From Lingula anatina (lineage: Eukaryota; Animalia; Brachiopoda), in NCBI GenBank assembly GCA_051362555.1, contig CM120641.1, forward strand, positions 11,408,001-11,472,000: a DNA stretch of 64,000 nt, read 5' to 3'. Both the position numbers and the translations under genes were made by a program. Of the stretch, positions 49,901 to 61,556 are shown piece after piece; position 1 is the stretch's first letter; each line of letters begins with the position of its first letter. Below the pieces are notes generated by a model that did no database searches, was not told where the DNA came from, and worked only from the letters and a program-made list of their open reading frames with translations.

Positions 49901-52877
49901 CAGCACTGATAACACAATAAGTGGAAAACTGTTTTTTCATTTGGCTTGAAACTTACAGAACTAATGAATATTCATAATACGCAGGTCAAGTTTGAAAATC
50001 AGCAAGATCGGACAATTTTTATGGAAGTTATCCTGTTTTTTTTTTTTTTTTTTTTTCAATTTTTTCAGCACTTTTATAACACCGATAACATGATAAGTGT
50101 AAAAATGTTTTTCCTTTCCTTGGATTGAAATTTACAGAACTGGTGAATATTTATTATACGCAGGTCAAGTTTGAAAATTGGCATGATTGGACTATTTTTA
50201 CAAAAGTAATGCTGTTTTTTTCCCTTTATTCAGCATACATGCAACACTGATAACGCATTTTAAGGAAAACCAATCAGCCTTTTGTCTTGCAACTCACAGG
50301 AGTGATCAATCTGACCAGTATACAGATCAAGTTTGAAAATAAGCTTGATCAGTTAAGTTTTGATGAAGTTATTAGCCTTTTTGTATATAAGTGGTTTTTC
50401 TTCAGATTTAATTCTTAAGCATGTTAACAGTCTCATAACGGTACTAATTGGATATGTTAAAGTGTTGTTTTAACATTTTCTGCTTCTTAACAATAGTGTT
50501 AGTTGATTATATAAAAATGACGGTAAACCTATTATCCTGCATTGTGTAATAAAGTATCAAAAATGGAAAGGAACTCATCATTGCAGTTCGTCAGATTCAA
50601 TCATTCACTATGTTCAGAATCTCCAAATGGAGCTAATTGGACATTATAAATTGTTCTATTGATATTTTTCCTAAGTCAACAATTTTCCTAGTTGATCATT
50701 TAAAAATGACAGTTAATTGATGATGGTTTTATGTAAAAAAGGTGTTGAAAATGGAAAGAAAATCATTTCAGTACAGTTATCTCTTGTTAACATTTTGGCA
50801 TTTTGAAAGTGTGACCCTAACTTCCATGTCCTTGGAGACCTTTCCATATCACATTTTCTGAATATCCATGATACTTTTATTTTTTTATAAAAAATTTGAT
50901 GGTCATTATGCTGTTAAGTATTATGTTATATTGCATGAAAGTTAAAGAAAACCCTATTTTGGACACTGCTGCCAGGATAGCGATTAAGGGAAAACCATGT
51001 TACTTATGATAATCAACCTTACTGAAAAGAGTGAAGTGCAGCTTGTGTTGGAAAACCATCGTAATTGTTTTCTGTTTTGAAAGCAATGCAGTACAGTGCT
51101 ATTTGGTGCAATAAATGTATATGGATAGTAGGCAGTTAATTCAGGGTTATAAAATAATTTGCTTAATTGATTTTCAAGTTATTTCAGGGTTATAAAATAA
51201 TTTGCTTAATTAATTTTCAAGTGGGTATTAAATGAGATTACATAAACACACATTGAGATTTCATTGTAAAGTCCCATCGGTTTAGCTTTCTTAACTGTGT
51301 CACATAATTAGGAATCGATGATTATTATGCAGGTAAATGTTATTTAATATGGAAAATAAGTTTACAAAAAAAAATTTGTGTAACGCTTACATTAATGCTA
51401 AAGATGAATAACAGTGCCTTATTATTCTCAAACTCAATAGGGTTATTCATATCATGTTAGTAATTGTACAGCTAGATTAAAAGTTTGAATAGCAGCTTTA
51501 TTGGTATTTTTTGTTATGTTTTATTTTACATTTTCTTTTAATTTTTTTATGCTGTTTTTTCACTTTTTTCAACATATATGCAACATTAATGACACAATAT
51601 AAGAAAAACAGCTTAGCCAATTGTCATTATACTCACAGGAGTGGTCAATCTTACAAAAATGCAGGTTGAGTTCGAAAATCAGTGTTATCGGGCCATTATT
51701 TTAGAAGTTGTACTGTTTTTTCAAATTTCCTCAGATTCAATTCTTAGGCATGTTAACAGTCTCATTATTGAACTAATAAGATACGTAAAAGTGTGTGTTT
51801 GATATTTCCTGCATCTTTACAACATTGTTAGTTGATTATGTAAAAATGATGGTAAACTTGTTATCATGTATTGTGTAATCAAGTGTCCAAAACGGAAATA
51901 AACTCATATCATTGCAGTTTGTCAGATTCAATCATCCACATCTGCCATGATGACCATGATGGGAAAACCGTGTTCGTTATGATTGTCAAACTTTCAAAAA
52001 AGAAACACAGGACTAAAATGCAGCCCAAGTTGGAAAAGCAGTCTAATGGGCTTCTTTTTCTGGAAGTTATTCATTTTAGTGAAATATTCATTATCTTTTT
52101 GGCATATTCATTGTGGGACTTGGAGCTCCCATGGACATGAAGCCGGATGGTAATCAAATTTTCTACATGTTCATGCTATTTATAGTCAATAATCAAAAAT
52201 TGGTGATAATTATTCTATAATTTATTATGTTATGTTACATCAAAATTGACAATAATCTTTTTGCACTGCTACTGCAAACATTATGAAAAGAAAACTGTGT
52301 TATTTATTATTATATTTAACTTAAGAGTATGATTTTTAGGATTGGCATGCAGTTCAAATTAGAAAGCCAGGTCAGTTGGGTTATCATTTATTATTGAATT
52401 TAATGCAATTTTGTGTGAAATTTCATTTTTCTTATTCTGGCACTTTCTAAGTATAAACTTGAACTCTGATGGGCCTGAAGCCTTATGCTTTTACTCTCAT
52501 CGGTGTTACCTGTTGTGCAAAATTAAAATTTGATGTTGACTGTGCAGTTAAACATAATGTATTATTGCATCAGAAGTGGTAGTCTCCTATTTTGTGCATT
52601 ATTGTTTTGTGCTCTTCTTAAGTTGTGACTTATGGGCCTGAAAGACCTTTGAGAGGGTCAGTCTATAAATTTCCCTTGGGTATCACTTCGCTAATTTCAG
52701 TTATAAAGTAATTTGCCTAATTGATAGGCTACATAAAGCACACTTGTGATTTGAGATTACATAAAGCACACTTGTTGATATTTCCCTGTAAACTCCCATA
52801 GGTTAAGCTCTCTGCTAGATTAATAATAAGGAAGCAGTGATAATTATGCAGGTAAATTTTGTTTAATATTGCAAATA

Positions 52878-52956
<79 letters not shown>

Positions 52957-55900
52957 AACTGAAAGATTAAAAGTTTGAATAGCAGCTTCATTGGAATTAT
53001 ATTTACCTCTGCCAAGGAGGTTATATTTTCACCCCTGTTTGTCATCAACATAACTCAAAAAGTTATGGACCGATTTTGCTGAAATTTTCAGGAACTGTCA
53101 GAAGTGGGCCAAAGAGGACAAAAATCAATAATAATCAACAATTGCTACCTTGGCAGAGGTCTGCACTCTCGGAGTGCTTTTCTAGTTTTGTTGTTTTCCT
53201 TTATAATTTTTTCTCAAACACTTGCATTTGTGACTTTAAACTCTCATCCGCCTGAGACTCTGACATTTCTGTTTTTCCACATAAGCAGTTGTATTGTTTT
53301 TTATGTCTTTAAACATTATGTTACTTATGTAATATTATTTTATGCACTGTCATCATTTTTCAAATATTAAGACTTACATCATGTGAATTTGAACTCTCAT
53401 GGTCCTGAAACTGTAATCTTATTGAAAGGGTAGATTGAGACCATCTTCTGGGACTTCCGGAAGACAGTCAGGTTATTAAGTTTATATTGCCTGGTATCTA
53501 TTTTTTCTTCTGTTGGAAGACCATCAAAATGGAGGATGGATCAAAATAGATACTTTGGAATACTGTCAGAAAATATCTCTGGGTCCGCTCATGTTATTGA
53601 CCATTTTACCTGTTGTGCATGATTAAAATTCAGTGTTGACTGACAGTGCTATTATAAGCATTATTTATTATTGCATCAAAATTGACAAAATGACCTATTT
53701 TGCATCTTTATTTTCTGTTTTTTGTCTGTACATTTGACAGCTTTGCTGCCTTGTTTCACTTTTCAGCATATATGCAACCCTGTAAACACATTTAAAGGAA
53801 AACCATTAGGCCTGTTGTCATGAAACTCACAGGAATAATCAATCTTACTGAAACGCAGGTCAAGTTCGAAAATCGGCATGATCGGGCCACTATTTTAGTA
53901 GTTATGCTGTTTTTTCATTTTTCAGCATATATGCAACCCTGTAAACACAATATAAGAAAAACAGATGGGCCAATTGTCATTAAACTCACAGGACTGGTCA
54001 ATCTTACTTAAATGCAGGTTGAGATTGAAAATTAGCATAATCAGGTCATTGTTTAAGAAGTTATGCTGTTTTTTCACATTTCCTCAAATTCAATTCTTAG
54101 GCATGTTAACAGTCTCATTATTGAACTAATAAGATACTTAAAAGTGTTTGTTTGACATTTCCTTCATCTTTACAACATTGTTAGCTGATTATGTAAAAAT
54201 GATGGTAAACTTGTTATCGTGTATTGTGTAATAAAGTGTCAAAAATGGAAATAAACTCATATCATTGCTGTTTGTCAGATTCAATCATTCACTATGTTCA
54301 GAATCTCAGAATGGAAGAAATTGGACATTTAACACTGTTCTATTGATATTTTTCACATCTCATCAATTTTCTTAGTTCATCATATAAAAATGGCCTTAAC
54401 CTGTTAATTTTGTTTTATGTTAAAAAAGTGTTAAAAATGGAAATAAACCCATTTTAGAACAGTGCAGTCTTGTTTACATTTTGGCATTTTTAAGGTGTGA
54501 CTTTGAAGTTTCATTGGCCTAAAAACCTTTGTTAGACACGTTTTCTGTTTGTCCATGATACTAATATTTTATTATTAAAAATTGATGGTCATTATGCTGT
54601 TAAACATTATGTAATATTGTATCAAAATTTAAAAAAAACCTATTTTGGGCAGTGCTCCCATGATGACCATTTAAGAAAAATCATGTCACTTACTGTTCTC
54701 AAACAGTACAGTTAATATGTACAGATGTGTCTGTACATATTGCCATCACCTGTGTCTGTCATCGCTGTCGCCGGTGCCGTGCACTTTCATTGTAAACACG
54801 ATAAGTGGAAGGCAGTTTTACTTTTTTGGCTGTATATTTACTGAGCTGATGAATATTAATAGAATGCAGGTCAAGTTTGAAAATCAGCATGATCAGGCCA
54901 TTATTGTAGAAGTTATGCTGTTTTTTCACTTTTCAGCATATATGCAACACTGTAAACACATTTAAAGCAAAACCATTAGGCCTGTTGTCATGAAACTCAC
55001 AGGAGTAATCGATCTTACTATACACAGATTAAGTTCGAAAATTGGCATGATCGGGCCACTATTTTAGTAGTTATGCTTTTTTTTCACTTTTCAGCATATA
55101 TGCAACACTATAAAATACAATATAAGAAAAACAGATAGGCCAATTGTCATTAAACTCACAGGAGTGGTCATTCCTGCTAAAACGCAGGTTGAGTTCAAAA
55201 ATCAGCATAATCGGGTCATTATTTTAAAGAAATGCAGTTTTTTCACATTTCCTCAGATTCAATTCTTAGGCATGTTAACAGTTTCATTATTGAACTAATA
55301 AGATATGTTTAAGTGTTTGTTTGGCATTTCCTGCATCTTTACAACATTATTAATTGATTAGGTAAAAATGATGGTAAACTTGTTATCATGTTTTGTGTAA
55401 TAAAGTTTCAAAAATGGAAATAAACTCATATTTCAGTTTGTCAGATTCAATCATTCACTATGTTCAGAATCTCGGAATGGCAGAAATTGGACATTTAACA
55501 CTGCTCTGTTGATATTTTTCCCATCTCATCAATTTTCTTAGTTGCTCATATAAAAACGGTAGAAAACTGTTAATTTTGTTTTATGTTAAAGATTGTTAAA
55601 AATGGAAAAAAAAACCATTTCAGAACAGTGCTGTCTTGTTTCCTTTTTGGCATTTTCAAGTTGTGACTTTGAAGTTCCATGGGCCTTAAGACCTTTGCTA
55701 GTCACATTTTCTGAATATCCATAATACTAATATTTTATTATTTAAATTGATGGTCTTTATGCTGTTAAACATTATGTAATATTGCATCAAAATTTGAAAA
55801 AAAAAAACTATTTTGGGCACTGCTCCCATGATGACCATTTAAGAAAAACCATGTCATTTACTGTTCTCAAACTTACAGGAAAGAAACATGGGACTAAAAT

Positions 55901-58900
55901 ACAGCTTCAGTAGGAAATACAGTCTGTTTGGTAATTCTTACTGCCAGTTAAACAGTCTTTTGTGAAAATTTAATTTTTCACATATTGGCATTTTCAAGGT
56001 GTGACTTTGAAGTTCCACGGGCTTGAAGACCCATGCTAGTCACATTTTCTGAAAATCCATGATACGTATATTTTATTATGAAAAATTGACGGTCATTATG
56101 CTGTTAACCATTATGTAATATGGCATCAGAATAGAAGAAAACACAATTTTGGGTGCTGCTGCCATGATGACCATTATGGGAAAATCATGTTACTTATGAT
56201 TGCCAAACTTTCAAAAAAGAAAGTGTAAACTTGTTACACATTTAAATTACATTGGTATTACCTGTTGAGCATAATTAAAATTTGATGTTGAATTTGCAGT
56301 TTAACATAATGTACTTTTGCATCAGAATTGACAGTAGCCTATTTTGTGCATAGTTATTTCCTGTTTTTTGTCTCTACATTTGACAGCTTTGCTGCCTTGT
56401 TTTATTTTTATATAATATAATCTCAGTGTACCCAGGGAATCTTTGCCAAAATAAGAATCTTTAAATTTGTTATTTTCTGATAGGTATTGAAATAGGTTCA
56501 ACAGTTCATGGTTAGGGACTTCAAATTCTTCATAATTTAATGTAATATTTGTTTTATCAGCACTTCCAAATGTAGAATCCAAGAGCATCCCCCAGTCAGA
56601 AGTGAAATCCAAGAGTATCCTCCAGTTTGTACAAACAAGCAAAAACCCACCTGCTGGCAAAGACGGCTCAAAGGATACTAGAAAGCAATCAGTTGATGAC
56701 AATGTTTCTGCAAAATCTGACTACAATTCTAATACTCAGGTTGGTAGAATTCAACAATATTGGGGATCCAAGGTAGACTGACAGTGGCTCCCCCTCCACA
56801 ATGTTAGATGTGAGACATTCTGCAGTGTTTAGTATGCAAAACATGGTTCTGTTGGTCTCAGAGTATCTTTCTCCCCTTTTGTGAAGTGAATTGGTTTGTG
56901 GGGGATCCAAATTTTGTTTTGAAAAAGCTTTGGGAGGGGAGGGGGGAGTGACCAAGGCCGCCGAGAAGGCCACATAGAAGAAGTGGCAGGCATCCTTCAT
57001 GCTTGACCCGTCTGTAAAGAGAAGAGAACCTCTGATGATGATAATACCGCAGGTATTATTGTAACTAAGATCCAATAACCAGGATTTTCTAGGACATGCC
57101 ATTTTAGTTGAAGATTGGGTAAGGGGTGGTTGGGATTCATCTAATATCCTTGTTACAACCCTGAAGATGATTAAGTTCAATTTTTGTCATGGTTGGATAA
57201 GTCTCAACAATTTTTTTTCTTTTTACTTAGTTATTAATCTGTAATTATTTTTATCATTTCAGTTATTACCTTTACTATAGTGTTATTTATTTATGAGTTC
57301 TTTTCAATTCAAGCACTAAAACATGTACTTGCATGACTATGACTAGTTGAATGCTAAGCAGATCAAGTGAAATTATCACAATGTTATCCTGTATGTACTG
57401 ACTTAATATAATCTTTTTTTTAGCATGCTAAATCCACCCTTCCACAGTTCTCAGAAGATGGCAAATCTAAAAGTTTACAGATGACTCATTCACAGAATAA
57501 CAACCCAGAACAGGGTGTAGAACACCATTTTCCCAGTGGTGATAGACAGTATCATATTGTAGATGAAGAGGCACTTTTGACTGAACATGAGAACATGGTG
57601 AGGGAGGTGTGGAGCAAAACATCCAGTTTTAACTAAAATACCCCCAAAAATGTGACTGGTGAAAATCTCTGTGAGGGGGCAATACTGCTTTCAAACTGAT
57701 TTCTAACATATATGGTGCAATTTCTTTTTAGTTTTGGAATTGGATTATTGGGCCATTTGTGGTTATAGTGGTTTTGTGTCTGTTTTTCAAAGTTCATACC
57801 CCCCCTTTTTTTTTCAATGTATATATATTTCTTGATATTTACTTTTGATCACTGTTGAGTTTTCATTTTGACATCTTTTATGATCAGTGACAAACAGTGA
57901 GCCAGTAGATAGGTTAAAGTCTGACATATATTCTCATCTTTCAATTACTTAATTCCAGACAAGCACAGCCAAAACTGTGAGGAAGCTTACTTCAACAGCC
58001 CTCCAGGTCCTCAATTCTGCTGAAGACATAGTAAAGGCCAGTTCAGATCAGGTACCACAGGAACCCAAGGTCCAGAAGAAAAAAGTTCTATCAGGAGAAA
58101 AGAGGAAATCCACTGTCATATCTCCTGTTAAAGAAGGTGTTTCTGAGAGGCATGAAGAGAAATACACCAAAGGCTCAAAAAGTAAAATTCAACAAGGGGG
58201 GCTAAAAGCAGTGTCACATCTTGAAGTGGACACTCAGCCAAGCAATCCAGAGGATGTGTTGAAAATCCAATGTGGGCTGCATAGAATTGACTCTAAGAGA
58301 TACAAAAGGGATTTTATTGTCAACCGTAAAACAGACAGTGAGAAACTTGCAGAAAGTGGTCCCAGTGCAAAGCTGGAGAGTATACCACAAGGGCAGTCTG
58401 TTGATGAAGAGGTGGCAGAGCAGGAAGAGAAGGTTTGTTTGGCGACTTTAGTCTGCCACATATTTGACAGTTTAGCAGTGGTCAAAATATGAAGATTCTA
58501 GAAAATGTAAGCAACCAATTATAATAAAGTGTTGGAGCAGGTTAAAGAAAGACGGCAATTATAAAATTCTTTAAAGGAAGTTAGTTTTTGAGTTTGAGTT
58601 TTCTTTCCACAGATCTATATGACAGCAGGCAAGGTGTTTTCCTTAGAGGACAGAATTCAAAGACTTCAGCAGCAGGTGGAGGAGACCACTGAGGACACGT
58701 CTAATGAAGATATGTCTTACCTGGAGGACCAGGTGGCTAGAGCAGCAGCCCAGGTTACCCAGAGACAGAGAGAGGCATGAAGTCCATTTTATCATTCCCT
58801 AAGCAAAGTTACTGAGGTGGCAAATTAAGAGTTTTACTTAGAAGTATTATGGAAGTTTTTTAAATGGCTTATAACAATTTTGAAATTTTAGAAAATTCAA

Positions 58901-59282
58901 GAATGTAATAGTTTGATTTTTTAAAATTAAATATTGGTGACATTTTGAATATTAGTTGTCTCATGCCTACCAGAAGTATCTTCCCTTTTGATTTCTTTTA
59001 ATTGAATAAAACTGTTAATAATAAATGGTGGCCAGGTGGAGAAAATAAGAACATGCAGAATTCAGAAATTTCAATTTTATAAAAAACATTTCCATTTAGG
59101 TGACATCCATAGAAACAAAAGTAGGGAGGCTCCACGAAAGATCTTATGAGAGAAAAAACAGTGAAGAGGCCCATGAAGCTCAGCTCAGTTCTGAGGAGGA
59201 ACCAGACAGCAGGGAAGAGGTGGAGGAACTTAGACTGCCATCTGTTAAAAGCTTGAGAGAGAAGTTCAAGCAAGGACTTTAG
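41146..59282 (+). CDS. MYRIP: MyRIP/melanophilin (Slac2)-like Rab27 effector with two I-set Ig domains; exons 41146-41258, 41725-41946, 42425-42534, 42887-43033, 43423-43563, 43716-43799, 44071-44171, 44371-44457, 44926-45380, 45981-46576, 46848-47039, 47637-47807, 48322-48462, 56561-56739, 57424-57597, 57959-58432, 58613-58774, 59100-59282
   Basis: N-terminal Slp-homology domain (MGRLLEVSSLTKEECDRILQVIQKDFELR; CMRC...CDVC..NVCKDC...CHVC zinc finger; [26 protein letters not shown]) and C-terminal coiled coil (EEKIYMTAGKVFSLE...LEDQVARAAAQV...VTSIETKV) as in MYRIP/MLPH. Exon phases are consistent throughout. The start codon could lie further upstream. Confidence 0.85.
41478..41692. mobile_element. 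Harbinger-like MITE, degenerate copy
   Basis: Body similar to 3848-4072 (TTTAGATCGATCTATC...CCCGCCTACT...GAACCCCCAGGGAGATAGGTCGATC). Confidence 0.75.
42172..42242. repeat. (CA)n microsatellite
   Basis: Pure CA run; a (TG)n run lies at 43943-43986. Confidence 0.95.
45552..45718. mobile_element. MITE with CAGGCCCGTAGCCAG TIRs (inverted sister of 37915-38081)
   Basis: GATTT|CAGGCCCGTAGCCAG...CTGGCTACGGGCCTG|GATTA (5-bp TSD with one mismatch). Confidence 0.85.
49100..50380 (+). repeat. ~161-bp tandem satellite array (~8 units) inside the Helentron-type element
   Basis: GTCAAGTTCGAAAATCAGCATGA recurs at 49179, 49340, 49501, 49662, 49824, 49985 and 50164; more units at 48760-49010, 53756-54080 and 54800-55250. 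Confidence 0.9.
52882..52953. repeat. (TA)n microsatellite
   Basis: Pure TA run. Confidence 0.95.
53005..53177 (+). mobile_element. Helentron/HINE family A copy nested in family B
   Basis: ACCTCTGCCAAGGAGGTTAT...CTTGGCAGAGGTCTGCACTCTCGGAGTGC. Confidence 0.75.
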
Positions 59283-61556
59283 TTTACTACAGAAGAACGG
59301 CATTCAAAAATAATTTGTCTGCATAATGTAGATTGCAATGTATAAGATAGTGATATTATTAATTGACTCTTTCAATGAATCATTCAAGGTAACCAAGATA
59401 TTATAACCTTAAGGTTACATGTAACTCATTGTAAAAATACAAAATGGCTTCCATATGTCAGTTATAGACATAGAAAAAAATCAATTCCATACAGTAATGT
59501 AGCAGATTGGAAGAATTTTTAAAACTTCATCTTCTAGTTCATGGGGTTAGGTGCAGAGGGTGAGAAAACTGCTGAGTCATTGCTTAGCCAGAGTACCTCT
59601 GTTCTTCCAGACAGTGCTACAATCACACTGTGTACCCTTTTTTAAAATTTTTTTAAGAGTGAAACACCTTGAGCACCCTGAATTTCAGAGTCTAGTGAGA
59701 ACACACCTGTAGTATGTGCTGGGTAAAGGTTCTGTAAGTTCCCACCAGGACTCAGAATCTCGGGGTGCCTTGTGCTTGTTTCTGTGAATTTGTCAACTCC
59801 GTGCTTTCAGCACCACTGTTTGGTGTCCAGCAGTCGTAGGAATTTTTTTCTTACAATATTTTCATTGGTTGAGGGTTATGCACCATGAGTGCAGTTATTA
59901 TCACAATTATTTTGCTTAAAATATTTTTGGAATATATATTTACATAAGGACTTACAGTTTAGACAAATGTTTCTATTGCAGCTGTTTTTCATCTGTAGTT
60001 AATTTACAAGATTTTCATTCATGTGGATAGTTTTTAAATGTGGTTAGTACTGTATATGTCAGAAGTCACAAGATGGTGCACTAAATACATGTCAGCTTTA
60101 TGTGGGGATAACACTGGGATAAATTTGTTCTTCAACATTATTAGAATAACTTACAAGTTTGTAGCCATAATACCAACAGGTCTGTTTTTCCGTTTTATTG
60201 CTAAAACTTTTTATTGTCTGTCATATCAGCATCCAACAACACACATTCCCATGCATGTAAAAAGTTTGACAAAAAGTGAAATAGCTTTGAGAATAAGCTT
60301 TTGCATCTCACTACCTTAAACTGCCTTTTTAAAATTTTCAGTATTAGTTGTGAAATCAAGCTTCCAGGCCTTTTTAAGTGGGTGTCAGCTGTTGTGCCTT
60401 GAAAATGTGACATGCATTTGAGAAACTGTTTATAAAATCATACATTTCTGTTGACCAGCATTCCAATCTAGAGACATTTTATAGATTATACTAATTTTTG
60501 GAACACCAACTTTTAGCTGTTCGAGATTATCGTTGTTTAGGTAATGCAGTTACTTGCACATATTTGACTCTTTCTGCCTTTCAGTGGGATAAAACTTCTT
60601 GTATAGGACTTCTTACTAGACAGATTTTTGAGACAGAATGATTGAATTAGACAAGGACTACATAGGAGATATATTTGACAGTGACACCAGTGGGGACCTG
60701 TTTTATATTTATTCTTGCAAAATGACCCTATTTGTGATATAAAGTGATAGAACATATTAAGCTATTAAGTCACTCAGACACTGCAAACTTTATTGGAAAA
60801 ATAACTAATTAAAAGAATATATTTAAAAAGTAAAAAAAATTAAAGATATGCTGGGATTAAACTAAATCTCTTTGGATCATTATGGCATTGCTCAATGTTC
60901 AGATAAAAAGAACTAGTTATCCTGCTTATCTAATGGGTAGACGGGGGAAAATGATATATTATTAGAAATAGAGTTTATTTTTTGCTGAAAAGGGCCAGGG
61001 GCTCAGTACATAGTACATAGATATTTTTTCAGATTTTTAAATATATACATTTTCAAAACAAATATTTACATTCTGGCATAGGTTTCTTTGTACAGAGATA
61101 AATAAAACTTCTAAACGTTTAAAATGTCTCCGCATTGTTGTTGCATAGAAGCACTTCTGTGTTTGAAGGAAAGAGTATGTTGCACATCCCACAGTATTGA
61201 ACCGAATTCATTCCAAGTTCATTTCTCTCTGTTTTGAAGTTGCAATGTGCATTACGGACATGCTCACACACTCCTGTATATTATATAGAAATAATTAAAA
61301 AATAGGAAAACGAATAAATCCAAGATGGGTACCATAGAGTCACATACCGTACTTACATATATGAAGCCAACTCAATGTAATTCCATTTGATAGTTTAAAA
61401 CACCAATTGGGAGTATTTCCATCTTACAAAGAACTTGTTATTTTGACACAGCAGCCTATTGTGTTCTGAGGGACCATGGTTGACCAGGTGGTGAGGACAA
61501 GACATCCATCCAAAGTGGGGTGATGGTGGAAGTTTGTAGGGAGTCCTAATAACCTC

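Larger units (their letters stand above)
48715..56400 (+). mobile_element. Nested cluster of large non-autonomous Helentron-type elements (family B) filling MYRIP intron 13
   Basis: 5' palindromic ends ATGTACAGACACAGATGTGTCTGTACAT at 49015 (partial at 48715 and 54717); (GTCGCC)n microsatellite; 3' ends TGTCTGTACATTTGACAGCTTTGCTGCC at ~53723-53752 and ~56369-56400; insertion into T-runs without TSD. Confidence 0.75.

Noticed and set aside
49100-50380. Regular array as a CRISPR-like locus
   Set aside because: Whole 161-bp units are homologous, there are no unique spacers or cas genes, and the context is a eukaryotic intron.
56689-57180. 163-aa minus-strand ORF
   Set aside because: Antisense to a MYRIP-like exon and intron, non-ATG start, no motif.
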